This document shows positions 16,327 through 23,583 of a stretch of 38,521 bases of DNA, piece by piece; the stretch's first letter is position 1; every line of letters begins with the position of its first letter. The notes beneath the pieces are model-generated. The model had not been told where the DNA came from. It saw nothing but the letters and a program-made list of their open reading frames with translations, and did no database searches. The translations under genes and the position numbers were made by a program. The stretch comes from a virus. Location: UHGV virus genome UHGV-0033517. One strand, given 5' to 3'.

Positions 16327-16717
16327 GTGCTTCCTCCTCCAGATAGTTTTTACCCACCAAGGCCATCCATTGGGCCATTGTGTGGGTCTCCAGATATTTG
16401 TTTTCGCAGTCCCGTTGGATTTTTCGCCGCAACGCATACCCGTTTCGGTGTACGCTGTATGGTGCGGCGTTGTGGTATTCAGCCGTCAGCCATACCCAAA
16501 ACCCCTGCTTGTCGCTCATGGCACGCCGGGGGCCGCCGAAGATATGGTGCTTGTGTAGATTATCGGTGCGCCCGGTCAGGTAACAAACCTTCTCCCGGCC
16601 CTGTAACAGGCTTACGCTGTGCCCGGGCTTCTTTTTTGCTGTGTAGATGGCCGCCAACTCCTTTTCAGGCTTTCCAGTTCTTCCTCGGTCATGGTCTCGA
16701 TTCCCAACTGCTGGCAA
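16262..16717 (-). CDS. HNH-like endonuclease-family protein (start uncertain)
   Basis: Motif CYLTGRTDNLHKHHIFGG ... EYHN resembles the HNH/His-Me finger. The 105-nt overlap with the upstream gene suggests a downstream alternative start. Confidence 0.35.
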   Translation of the reverse strand: MPAVGNRDHDRGRTGKPEKELAAIYTAKKKPGHSVSLLQGREKVCYLTGRTDNLHKHHIFGGPRRAMSDKQGFWVWLTAEYHNAAPYSVHRNGYALRRKIQRDCENKYLETHTMAQWMALVGKNYLEEEAHEQGCVAGAIDERPGDQNHEQ

Positions 16718-17217
16718 TCCTGTACCAGCCCGTCAATCAACCGGGCCATTTCCGCTGTGTCGTATACGCTGCTGCCGTAGTAGGCCGCAAAGGTCAGGTA
16801 CTCGCCATCGTTGTCTAAATCCTCGGTAATCCAGCCAACACCGTTGTCCGCCCAGACCTCCTGAAAGCGTATCGCCGCCGGGGCGTACATTACGAAAGTG
16901 TTAAACGGGCCTGTCCGGCGCACCTGCCCCCGGTATACGTCCTCTTTGGTGTACACAAAATCACCCTTGCTTAATTCCTCGGCTATTTTCTGGCAAAGCA
17001 CCCAGCAGTAAGCGTTGGCGTTCAGGCTGCGCTTCTTTGTTTCTTTCCCGGCCTCCAGATGTATTCGGGGCAGGCTTGCCGTCCGAAGGGCTTCCACCCC
17101 CGCCCGGACGGAAAACTGCTCCATGGCCGGAACCACGAACGCCAACTCAATGTCGCCGCTTTCCAGTGTTTTCAGGCTTACCGCTGTGGCCTCTGCCTTA
17201 AGCAGCGGGGCCGCCAT
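16612..17217 (-). CDS. NinB/Orf-like recombination mediator
   Basis: 201 aa. KKRSLNANAYCWVLCQKIAEEL parallels lambda Orf RNRSLDQNRKLWACLGDVS. Confidence 0.45.
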   Translation of the reverse strand: MAAPLLKAEATAVSLKTLESGDIELAFVVPAMEQFSVRAGVEALRTASLPRIHLEAGKETKKRSLNANAYCWVLCQKIAEELSKGDFVYTKEDVYRGQVRRTGPFNTFVMYAPAAIRFQEVWADNGVGWITEDLDNDGEYLTFAAYYGSSVYDTAEMARLIDGLVQDCQQLGIETMTEEELESLKRSWRPSTQQKRSPGTA

Positions 17218-17869
17218 TGGCTTCTTGCGCCGCTACCCGCCGTTCTTCTTCCCGGCGCTCCCGCTCTTTCTTTTGGCACTCCCAGCACAGGGTGCGCCCG
17301 TACCTCTCCCGGCCACGCCGTGCAATTTCCTCGGCCGGCTTATAGGTCTTTCCGTCTTGGTAACTGCCTACGGTTTTCCCGCACTCCACACACTTTTCCA
17401 GTGCGTGTGTCGGTTGCGCCGCTTGCCGCTCCTCCTTCGCCTGATACTTCGTGCGGCCGGCCACCCAGTACACGTCAGCACCAATGCCCAGTGCCTTACA
17501 GGCCACGCTTAATGCGTCAGTCAGGGCCATCTTAAACACCTCATCACTGGTATACAGGCCGTTCTGTTCCTTGGCGATAAAACTGCTGCCGCCGGTGCCC
17601 GGTACGGCTTCGCTCCACTCGCCGTCACACTTGTAATACAAGCTAATATCCACAAACCCCGCCACTGCGCCGTTGGCTCCCGGCTCCAGCCACTTCCGGT
17701 CAATGGTGTACTTCCAGCCGATTCCACACGGCCCAAAAGCGTCCGTCAGCGCCTGAATGCGCCACATGGGGTTAATATCGGTAAACCCCTTGATTCTCCC
17801 CGCCTTAATCTCTTTTTTCGCCTCCGGGGGCGTTTCCCGGAAACGATTGTATAATTCAAGGTTATCCAT
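17198..17869 (-). CDS. Rad52/Sak-like single-strand annealing protein with C-terminal zinc ribbon
   Basis: 223 aa. TDINPMWRIQALTDAFGPCGIGW resembles Rad52-family SSAPs. C-terminal CVECG...CWEC. Confidence 0.5.
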   Translation of the reverse strand: MDNLELYNRFRETPPEAKKEIKAGRIKGFTDINPMWRIQALTDAFGPCGIGWKYTIDRKWLEPGANGAVAGFVDISLYYKCDGEWSEAVPGTGGSSFIAKEQNGLYTSDEVFKMALTDALSVACKALGIGADVYWVAGRTKYQAKEERQAAQPTHALEKCVECGKTVGSYQDGKTYKPAEEIARRGRERYGRTLCWECQKKERERREEERRVAAQEANGGPAA

Positions 17870-17870
17870 G

Positions 17871-18392
17871 TTATCCCTCCGTGGTTACCGTGATTCGCAG
17901 CTCCTTTTCCACCGTCACGCCGTCCAAAATTTCCCCGTCCAGCGCTACCCGGCCATCCTCCAGCACCGCTGCCGCCTTTTTCAGCTCGGCCTTGTTCAGC
18001 TTGTATTCGGTCTTTACGCACTCCGGTGCGGCCTCCCTCAGGGTTTGGGTCAGGGCTTCCTCGTCCCCGTAGTCCCACACCGTAGTGGTGCGCTTCGTGG
18101 CCTTTCCGTAGGGGGTGGAGCACTTAGCCTTCGGGTCGGCCTCCAGCTCCGTCCGGTAGTAGTGCTCAATCAGGCTGCTAAAATACCCCTCGTCCCGTTC
18201 AAGGCTTTCCAGCGTATCCTTAAGATAGCTGTTTATCCGTTCAATCTCTGCCGCAGCGGTCTCTTTTTGCTTTTCGATTTCGCCCCGAACCTTTTGCAGC
18301 TCCCGAAACGCCCACCACAGCCTTTCAAGGCTGTCAATCTCAAACGGCTTTTTTTCTTCTGTCTCCACCGAATAGGTTTCCAACTCAGTCAT
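17871..18392 (-). CDS. Gam-like / Sipho_Gp157-like coiled-coil protein (putative host nuclease inhibitor)
   Basis: 173 aa. N-terminal coiled coil, C-terminal ..STPYGKATKRTTTVWDYGDEEAL..KTEYKLNKAELKKA resembles Mu Gam-like proteins. Adjacent to the SSAP. Confidence 0.4.
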   Translation of the reverse strand: MTELETYSVETEEKKPFEIDSLERLWWAFRELQKVRGEIEKQKETAAAEIERINSYLKDTLESLERDEGYFSSLIEHYYRTELEADPKAKCSTPYGKATKRTTTVWDYGDEEALTQTLREAAPECVKTEYKLNKAELKKAAAVLEDGRVALDGEILDGVTVEKELRITVTTEG

Positions 18393-18639
18393 GGTTCAGG
18401 CCTCCCTTCTTCAGGTCGGCCAGCTCCGCTTCCAGTTTGCGAACATATTCTTTCAGCCTTTCGGCCTCATCGGTGGCCACGCCCACCGCCTTTTCCAGCG
18501 TGGTGACCTTCTCGCCAAGCTTCTCGTTTTGCTGGTAGGCCCACTTTAAGGCCTTGCGGTTGTCTTGCAACTCCACAAGGGCCTCAAACAGCCGGTTCTT
18601 GATTCCCGCCAAATCGTATTCGTTCCACTCCATTGACAT
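18385..18639 (-). CDS. Hypothetical coiled-coil protein
   Basis: 84 aa with heptad-like E/K/L periodicity. Confidence 0.35.
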   Translation of the reverse strand: MSMEWNEYDLAGIKNRLFEALVELQDNRKALKWAYQQNEKLGEKVTTLEKAVGVATDEAERLKEYVRKLEAELADLKKGGLNHD

Positions 18640-18700
18640 TTTCCCCTTTCTGTGCTACGCTTTCCTTGGTTTGTTTTGCTTTGCCGCTTCGGGTGTGTCT

Positions 18701-19042
18701 TCACTCGTTGCGGCTTTTTTGTTTTAGTTTCCCGGTCATCCGCAGCAGCGCCAGCTGGTGCCAGCCGTAAGACCCCCGGTATTCACCGCTCAAAGCGGTT
18801 ATCTCAAACAGTGCGTGGTGGGGGTATACCCCTACCAGCCTGAGCGCCCCAACAAAGTCGCCCTCCGGCTCTTTGCGTTTTTCATGCAGCGTGAATCTGT
18901 CTCCGGGGTTCAGTGCCCCGCACAGGTCACGCCAACCGTCCTCATCCAAGTGCATACTGGTGTCAGCTGCTTGTTGGATACGTGCTTCCTTGTGTAAACC
19001 GTTGCTCCACCAATGGTTCACGCCTGTTTTTCCCATGTCCAT
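18701..19042 (-). CDS. Hypothetical protein
   Basis: 113-aa ORF in the early operon. Confidence 0.3.
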   Translation of the reverse strand: MDMGKTGVNHWWSNGLHKEARIQQAADTSMHLDEDGWRDLCGALNPGDRFTLHEKRKEPEGDFVGALRLVGVYPHHALFEITALSGEYRGSYGWHQLALLRMTGKLKQKSRNE

Positions 19043-19218
19043 CCCTCCTCTCGCCTGTATGGATTGTCAGCAGCGGGAACCAACGGCTTGCCCGCTTTTT
19101 TCCGTGCAGCGTTTAAAATTTGATTCCAAAGCGCCCATCTGGTTTTATCCATGTTCTTTTTGCTATGTAACCGGTGCTTCTCAGCGCTTTTCGTTTCCCG
19201 CTTTGCTTCTTCTGTCAT
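19018..19218 (-). CDS. Hypothetical basic protein
   Basis: 66-aa Lys/Arg-rich ORF. Confidence 0.3.
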   Translation of the reverse strand: MTEEAKRETKSAEKHRLHSKKNMDKTRWALWNQILNAARKKAGKPLVPAADNPYRREEGWTWEKQA

Positions 19219-19344
19219 TTTTCAACGCCTCTTCCAGCTGTTCAGGGGATAAATACAATAGCCCATGCCCAAAGGTCTCAACCACTTCCTCTGCAATCCC
19301 CAACGCTTCGATTTCGTCAATCAACCGGAATTTCGATACCATGC

Positions 19345-19512
19345 TCAACGGAATGCACCTCCCAGCCAGCCAAACACCGCTGCCCCGGCCATACCCCCGA
19401 ACATCCCAACGGTGGCGGGGAGGTCAGCCATCGTGTCGCACTCCATACCCCCCACACAGCCGATTGCGATAATAAAGCACAGGGCCGCAAGGGCTAAAAA
19501 TTTAATTTTCAT
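19345..19512 (-). CDS. Small putative lipoprotein
   Basis: Start refined to MKIKFLALAALCFIIAIGC (GGAGGA RBS). Signal peptide with lipobox AIGC. 55 aa. Confidence 0.35.
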   Translation of the reverse strand: MKIKFLALAALCFIIAIGCVGGMECDTMADLPATVGMFGGMAGAAVFGWLGGAFR

Positions 19513-20380
19513 GGCTATCCTCCAACGGTACAAATTCGCCGCACATTAGGTTATCGGGTTTGATTTTGGCGGTCACAGTTCGGTTGGATTTATCGTATAG
19601 CTTGACTTTCAGGCCGGCGTAAATACCAAAGCCATAGCCAGCTTCAATCAACCCGCCAGCTTTAATCGACCCGTTAGCTTCAATCGACCCGCCAGCTTTA
19701 ATCAACCCGCCAGCGTTAATCAACCAGCCAGCTTCAATCGACCGGCCAGCTTTAATCCACTCGCCAGCTTCAATCGACCAGCCAGCTTTAATCCACTCGT
19801 CAGCTTTAATCGACCCGCCAGCTTCAATCAACCCGCCAGCTTCAATCGACCCGGCAGCTTTAATCGACCCGCCAGCTTTAATCAACCTGCCAGCTTTAAT
19901 CGACCCGTCAGCTCTAATCAACCCGGCAGCTTTAATCGACCCGCCAGCGTTAATCAACCAGCCAGCTTCAATCGACCCGCCAGCTTCAATCAACCCGCCA
20001 GCTTCAATCGACCAGTCAGCTTTAATCCACTCGTCAGCTTTAATCGACCCGCCAGCGTTAATCCACTCGCCAGCTTCAATCGACTTGCCCGATTTAATCA
20101 GCCCGCCAGCTTCAATCCACCGTTCGACAACAATCTTTCCCGCAAATACGACCGCCCCATCGGTTTTGATTTCGTCCACGGCCAGTACATCGTCTGTCGG
20201 CCCCAGCCTGTTCAGCAACCAGCTTGCAAAATCCGGTTGGTCGTGTTCGCAAGCAGTGTCCAGAACCTTTTGATACTCACCGCCATCGGGGTGGTGTTCT
20301 GCGAAGAATTCAAGTCCCTCGTCGCATGCTCCCAGTTCAATCAGCGTGTCCAGCGTGATTAAGTCAGTTCCCTTTCTCAT
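19502..20380 (-). CDS. Hexapeptide-repeat beta-helix protein (27 tandem xIxAGx hexads) with distinct N- and C-terminal domains
   Basis: 292 aa. Residues about 97–258 are perfect-period hexads (SIEAGG LIEAGG SIKADE WIKAGW ...), encoded by 18-bp DNA tandem repeats. Confidence 0.6.
   Translation of the reverse strand: MRKGTDLITLDTLIELGACDEGLEFFAEHHPDGGEYQKVLDTACEHDQPDFASWLLNRLGPTDDVLAVDEIKTDGAVVFAGKIVVERWIEAGGLIKSGKSIEAGEWINAGGSIKADEWIKADWSIEAGGLIEAGGSIEAGWLINAGGSIKAAGLIRADGSIKAGRLIKAGGSIKAAGSIEAGGLIEAGGSIKADEWIKAGWSIEAGEWIKAGRSIEAGWLINAGGLIKAGGSIEANGSIKAGGLIEAGYGFGIYAGLKVKLYDKSNRTVTAKIKPDNLMCGEFVPLEDSHEN
19600..20110. repeat. About 27 imperfect tandem copies of an 18-bp unit (consensus near CCAGCTTYAATCRACCCG), in frame within a coding gene
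   Basis: Visible directly in the sequence. Period 18 nt equals 6 codons. Confidence 0.8.
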
Positions 20381-20392
20381 TGCTTTTCCCCC

Positions 20393-20587
20393 TTATTGTG
20401 CCAGCCACCGTGCTACAGTGACCTTTGCATACATCGTTCCACACACCGGGGTAAGGTACTTCTGAATGGTGTGTAAGCTTACCCCCATGTAAACAGCTAC
20501 ATCTTTCTGGTTTATCAGTTCTTTCCCCGGAAAGGCTTTGTCCAGACGTTCTAAATTGTCACGGAACCCCTCTCTCTCCCTCGCCAT
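20393..20587 (-). CDS. Small HTH DNA-binding protein (excisionase/MerR-like HTH_17-type)
   Basis: 64 aa. LINQKDVAVYMGVSLHTIQKYL helix-turn-helix. Confidence 0.45.
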   Translation of the reverse strand: MAREREGFRDNLERLDKAFPGKELINQKDVAVYMGVSLHTIQKYLTPVCGTMYAKVTVARWLAQ

Positions 20588-20609
20588 TGTTTTCCCTCCT
20601 TTGTTGTGT

Positions 20610-20807
20610 CTACTGCCCAGAGGCCAGCAGGTTGATTAATTCCCACCATTCTATCTCGAGAACGGGGGCAATCCGCTTTGCCGCCCGGACACTCATGTTC
20701 AGCTCCCCGGAGGAGTATTTCAATACAGTGCCGTATTTTAGGCCCGTGGTGTTGCTGATTTCCTTTGCGGTGAGCTTCTTCTCTCGTAGCAGCTCTCCAA
20801 ACTTCAT
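20610..20807 (-). CDS. Cro-like XRE-family HTH regulator
   Basis: Start refined to MKFGELLREKK (GGAGGAGGG RBS). 65 aa. First gene of the leftward early operon after the regulatory gap. Confidence 0.55.
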   Translation of the reverse strand: MKFGELLREKKLTAKEISNTTGLKYGTVLKYSSGELNMSVRAAKRIAPVLEIEWWELINLLASGQ

Positions 20808-20821
20808 TCCATCCCTCCTCC

Positions 20822-20850
20822 GTTGACTGTTCCCATTTTTTGTGGTAAAA
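20822..20850 (+). promoter_or_regulatory. Promoter-like TTGACT, 17 nt, TAAAAT (TG-extended) overlapping the palindrome GGTAAAATTTACC
   Basis: Read directly from the 310-bp non-coding gap between the Cro-like gene and the next XRE gene. The 13-bp perfect palindrome overlaps the -10. Confidence 0.35.
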
Positions 20851-21123
20851 TTTACCTTGCAAGTACTGTGAAAGGGAGGTGGTACCTTTGACCAACCTTT
20901 TGTATTTGCACTGTTCCATTTGAATGACGGGGTATAGCGGAATCGGCGGATTTCAGGAACCCCGTCAAAAGTAATTGCAGTAGTGCGGTAGATTTCAGGC
21001 CGCATAAGGCAGGCCTCCAGCTGCCCAAGTTGCGCTGCGTCACAAGACACTATGAGGCAAACATAGTGCTGTCTATGGCCATAGGCGGCGGCAAGGCGCA
21101 AATGGTACAAAACCGGAGGGGCG

Positions 21124-21342
21124 TCATGTGTCGAGTTTGCCCTCGGCGCATGGCGTCGTTTTTATAAAACAAAACAACTCTCGGTGCGGCAATCCAAACA
21201 AATCTTCCAATTTGACAAGAACGGGGTAAGACGGGTTTCGCTGGCCGGTCTCGATTTTCTGAATTGCTGTCAGGGTCAACCCGGCTTGCTTTGCTACAAA
21301 TTCCTGTGTCCATCCTCGTTTAATTCGTTCTTGCCGAATCAT
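21124..21342 (-). CDS. XRE-family HTH regulator (switch cassette 1, leftward)
   Basis: 72 aa. WTQEFVAKQAGLTLTAIQKIETGQRNPS. Divergent from the plus-strand XRE gene at 21433. Confidence 0.55.
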   Translation of the reverse strand: MIRQERIKRGWTQEFVAKQAGLTLTAIQKIETGQRNPSYPVLVKLEDLFGLPHRELFCFIKTTPCAEGKLDT

Positions 21343-21371
21343 TCGTTCCACGTTTCCTCCTTTCCCTCTGT

Positions 21372-21418
21372 CTTAGACTTAAAGTCTAAGATAAGTATAG
21401 TAGACTTAAAGTCTAAAG
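21372..21418. promoter_or_regulatory. Two copies of the palindromic operator TAGACTTAAAGTCTA embedded in face-to-face divergent promoters
   Basis: Copies at about 21372–21390 and 21400–21418, 27 bp apart. Plus promoter TTAGAC, 17 nt, TATAGT. Minus promoter TTGACT, 17 nt, TATACT overlapping it. Confidence 0.5.
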
Positions 21419-21432
21419 TCAAGAGGTTTTTT

Positions 21433-21660
21433 ATGTTTGATAAATCTGTTTTTGGTTCTCGGGTTCTGGAGCTTCGTAAAAATGCCGGCTTCTCTCAACA
21501 GGCCCTTGCAGAACATTTAGGCGTATCCTTCCACCAAATCAGTAAAATGGAAACAGCCCAGCGTGGCCCGTCTCTTGAGGTTGCCTGCGCCCTTGCCGAC
21601 TTCTTTGATGTGAGCTTAGACTACCTCGTGGGCCGCTCTGACAACCCGGAACGCAGGTAG
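21433..21660 (+). CDS. XRE-family HTH regulator, paralog A1 (C-terminal FFDVSLDYLVGRSDNPERR)
   Basis: 75 aa. AAGAGG RBS. Operators immediately upstream. Confidence 0.6.
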   Translation: MFDKSVFGSRVLELRKNAGFSQQALAEHLGVSFHQISKMETAQRGPSLEVACALADFFDVSLDYLVGRSDNPERR

Positions 21661-21687
21661 TTATCTGCATTGCTTCTGTGGGCGCTG

Positions 21688-21963
21688 CTATCTGAAAAAC
21701 ATTACCGCAAACACCAGCGCTACGGCTACCAACGTAGCTACAACGCAAATGGTCGTTCGCTCTTTTTGGTAACTGTAAAGGTTCTGCAACGAACGCATTT
21801 GCTCAAGGGTGTAATTGGTCAGCCAGATTAGCCGCTTTCCCATTTCCTCCGGGGCCATTTCTTCCTGCTCCTCCGGCTCCTGTGCCCTCAACGCTTCTTT
21901 GGCTCGTTCTTCCAACCAGAGGTGTTGGCACTGCCTTGCGGCCTCCTGTTGCTCAGGGTTCAT
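21688..21963 (-). CDS. Small membrane-anchored protein (C-terminal TM helix), translationally coupled to upstream XRE gene
   Basis: 91 aa MNPEQQEAARQ...ICVVATLVAVALVFAVMFF. TAATG stop/start overlap with the XRE gene at 21963..22157. Confidence 0.4.
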   Translation of the reverse strand: MNPEQQEAARQCQHLWLEERAKEALRAQEPEEQEEMAPEEMGKRLIWLTNYTLEQMRSLQNLYSYQKERTTICVVATLVAVALVFAVMFFR

Positions 21964-22157
21964 TATTTCCCCTCCCCAAAAATCTCCTCCACCGTGGTGT
22001 CCAGTACCCGGGCTATGCGGATTGCCGTCTGCACCCGGGGCTCCCGTTTGCCGTATTCGTACCGCTGGTAGGCCACCTCGGCGATTCCGCTTTCCCTTGC
22101 GACTTGTGCCTGCGTCTTGCCGGACGCTGTGCGGGCCGCTTTTAACTTCGTGTTCAT
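21963..22157 (-). CDS. XRE-family HTH regulator (switch cassette 2, leftward)
   Basis: 64 aa, KTQAQVARESGIAEVAYQRYEYGKREP. Divergent from the plus-strand XRE paralogs A2/A3. Confidence 0.55.
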   Translation of the reverse strand: MNTKLKAARTASGKTQAQVARESGIAEVAYQRYEYGKREPRVQTAIRIARVLDTTVEEIFGEGK

Positions 22158-22176
22158 TTCCCCTCTCTTTCTGGAT

Positions 22177-22231
22177 TACACTACCGTTCGGTTGTGCTTT
22201 ACTATAATATACCACTACCGTTCGGTTGTGT
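22177..22231. promoter_or_regulatory. Direct repeat CACTACCGTTCGGTTGTG (x2) flanking a TATAAT-like element in a divergent intergenic region
   Basis: Copies at about 22178–22195 and 22213–22230, separated by ctttactataatatac. Confidence 0.45.
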
Positions 22232-22269
22232 CAATCCCCTCTGGATAAAATTATTGGAGGTGTTTTGCC

Positions 22270-22482
22270 ATGACATTAGCTGACCGATTGTGTGAGCTTC
22301 GTTCCGCCCGCAACTTAACACAAAAAGACGTGTACACCGCCATAGGAGTATCCCCCATTGTATATCAGCGGTATGAGTACGGAAGATTGCCCGCTTATGA
22401 TAAGTTCTTGGCTTTGGCTGATTTCTTCGATGTCAGCTTAGACTATCTGGCGGGGCGCTCCGATGAGCCTCGCCGCAGGTAG
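22270..22482 (+). CDS. XRE-family HTH regulator, paralog A2 (C-terminal FFDVSLDYLAGRSDEPRRR)
   Basis: 70 aa. GGAGG RBS. Confidence 0.6.
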   Translation: MTLADRLCELRSARNLTQKDVYTAIGVSPIVYQRYEYGRLPAYDKFLALADFFDVSLDYLAGRSDEPRRR

Positions 22483-22499
22483 TTTCAGGAGGTGTTGAT

Positions 22500-22718
22500 A
22501 TGACAGATTTTGTAACCCGGCTTAAGGAATGCCGAAAGGCCAACAAAAATACCCAAAAGCAAGTAGCGCTGGCCATTGGCTCGACTGAACAGAATTATCA
22601 ACGTTATGAGCGTGGTGTCCAGCAACCTACGCTCCCGGTTCTCCTCGCCCTCGCCGACTACTTCAACGTGTCCCTCGACTACCTTGTGGGGCGGTCCGAC
22701 AACCCCGAACGGCATTAG
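22500..22718 (+). CDS. XRE-family HTH regulator, paralog A3 (C-terminal YFNVSLDYLVGRSDNPERH)
   Basis: 72 aa. AGGAGG RBS. 17 nt after the A2 stop. Confidence 0.6.
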   Translation: MTDFVTRLKECRKANKNTQKQVALAIGSTEQNYQRYERGVQQPTLPVLLALADYFNVSLDYLVGRSDNPERH

Positions 22719-22921
22719 CACCCCAGATGATTCACAATGTCTCGAATCATGGCCGTGCCGCTGTCCATGGCTACGTTGATTCTCCGGCTCCCGCCGCCAA
22801 CGAGCCGCACCTCCACGATTTCCTTTTCCTTGTCGTAGGTCAGCGACTTTACGTCCCATGCGTTGCTGGTCGCCCGCAGGGTATCGGCTAACAGGTCACA
22901 GATTTTTTGCTTGTCCTCCAT
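22715..22921 (-). CDS. Hypothetical 68-aa protein downstream of a small RHH gene
   Basis: MEDKQKICDLL.... Preceded by the duplicated 5' region TGCGACATTTGACAAAGGGG. Confidence 0.4.
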   Translation of the reverse strand: MEDKQKICDLLADTLRATSNAWDVKSLTYDKEKEIVEVRLVGGGSRRINVAMDSGTAMIRDIVNHLGC

Positions 22922-22953
22922 TGTTTCCCCTCCCCTTTGTCAAATGTCGCAAA

Positions 22954-23088
22954 TCAGTTTCCACGACTGTCCAGCCAGTCTCGCAAAATCGTAACCAGCA
23001 AGGCGTTCATCGTGATTCCCAACCGCTTTGCCTCTGCCCGCAGCGCCTCTTTCGTTTCCTCCGTTGTGCGGATAAGCACCTGTGCCAT
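22954..23088 (-). CDS. Ribbon-helix-helix (Arc/CopG-like) protein, 44 aa (below the ORF-track cutoff)
   Basis: Hand-translated MAQVLIRTTEETKEALRAEAKRLGITMNALLVTILRDWLDSRGN. GGAGGTG RBS. Coordinates +/-1. Confidence 0.4.
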   Translation of the reverse strand: MAQVLIRTTEETKEALRAEAKRLGITMNALLVTILRDWLDSRGN

Positions 23089-23103
23089 TTTGTTCACCTC
23101 CAT

Positions 23104-23206
23104 TTGATATCTTTATGATATCACTTTATTTCCCGTGTGTCAACTTCTTTTTGATATCTTTTTGATTTCTTGCCGTTGATATCACTTTCAAATATAATTG
23201 ATATCA
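23104..23206. promoter_or_regulatory. Array of five GATATC-centred operator-like repeats (TTGATATCA) within divergent RHH-gene promoters
   Basis: GATATC at about 23106, 23117, 23153, 23178, 23200. Plus -10 TATAAT at about 23193. Minus TTGACA, 17 nt, TATCAT at about 23144–23116. Confidence 0.5.
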
Positions 23207-23225
23207 AATAAGGGGAGGTAATGTT

Positions 23226-23411
23226 ATGGGGATTCAAGCTAATCCATATCCGCTTCGGATTGAAAAGTCGTTGATGGAGAAACTAAAGATTGTCGCTGCC
23301 AGCAACGGCAGGTCAGTAAACAAAGAGATTGAATATCTCATCCGGCAGATGGTCGCTGCCTATGAGCAGGAACACGGGGCTATTCCCGTCCAGCCGGATG
23401 GCCTTTGTTGA
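23226..23411 (+). CDS. Ribbon-helix-helix (Arc/MetJ/CopG-like) regulator
   Basis: 61 aa. PLRIEKSLMEKLKIVAASNGRSVNKEIEYLI is a typical RHH N-terminal beta-strand plus helices. Confidence 0.5.
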   Translation: MGIQANPYPLRIEKSLMEKLKIVAASNGRSVNKEIEYLIRQMVAAYEQEHGAIPVQPDGLC

Positions 23412-23553
23412 TAAGCAGAAGAACATAGGCGTTAAAACTTATCCCGTGTTCAACTGCTTCCCGGTGGAGTGCTTCTTTTAAGGCACTGGGTAGCCGCAAC
23501 GTGACCGCCACTCTTTCCCCCTGCCCCGGCAGGGGCTTTTTTGTGTTCTCCAT
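23380..23553 (-). CDS. Ribbon-helix-helix protein, 57 aa (below the ORF-track cutoff), convergent with and overlapping the 3' end of the plus-strand RHH gene
   Basis: Hand-translated MENTKKPLPGQGERVAVTLRLPSALKEALHREAVEHGISFNAYVLLLINKG.... Preceded by the duplicated 5' region. Confidence 0.4.
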   Translation of the reverse strand: MENTKKPLPGQGERVAVTLRLPSALKEALHREAVEHGISFNAYVLLLINKGHPAGRE

Positions 23554-23583
23554 TGCTTCCCCCCCTTTGTCAAATGTCGCAGA

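Noticed and set aside
19600-20110. Regular 18-bp repeats considered as a possible CRISPR array
   Set aside because: The repeats are contiguous with no spacers, imperfect, and sit in frame inside an ORF whose translation shows perfect hexapeptide periodicity. Not a CRISPR.
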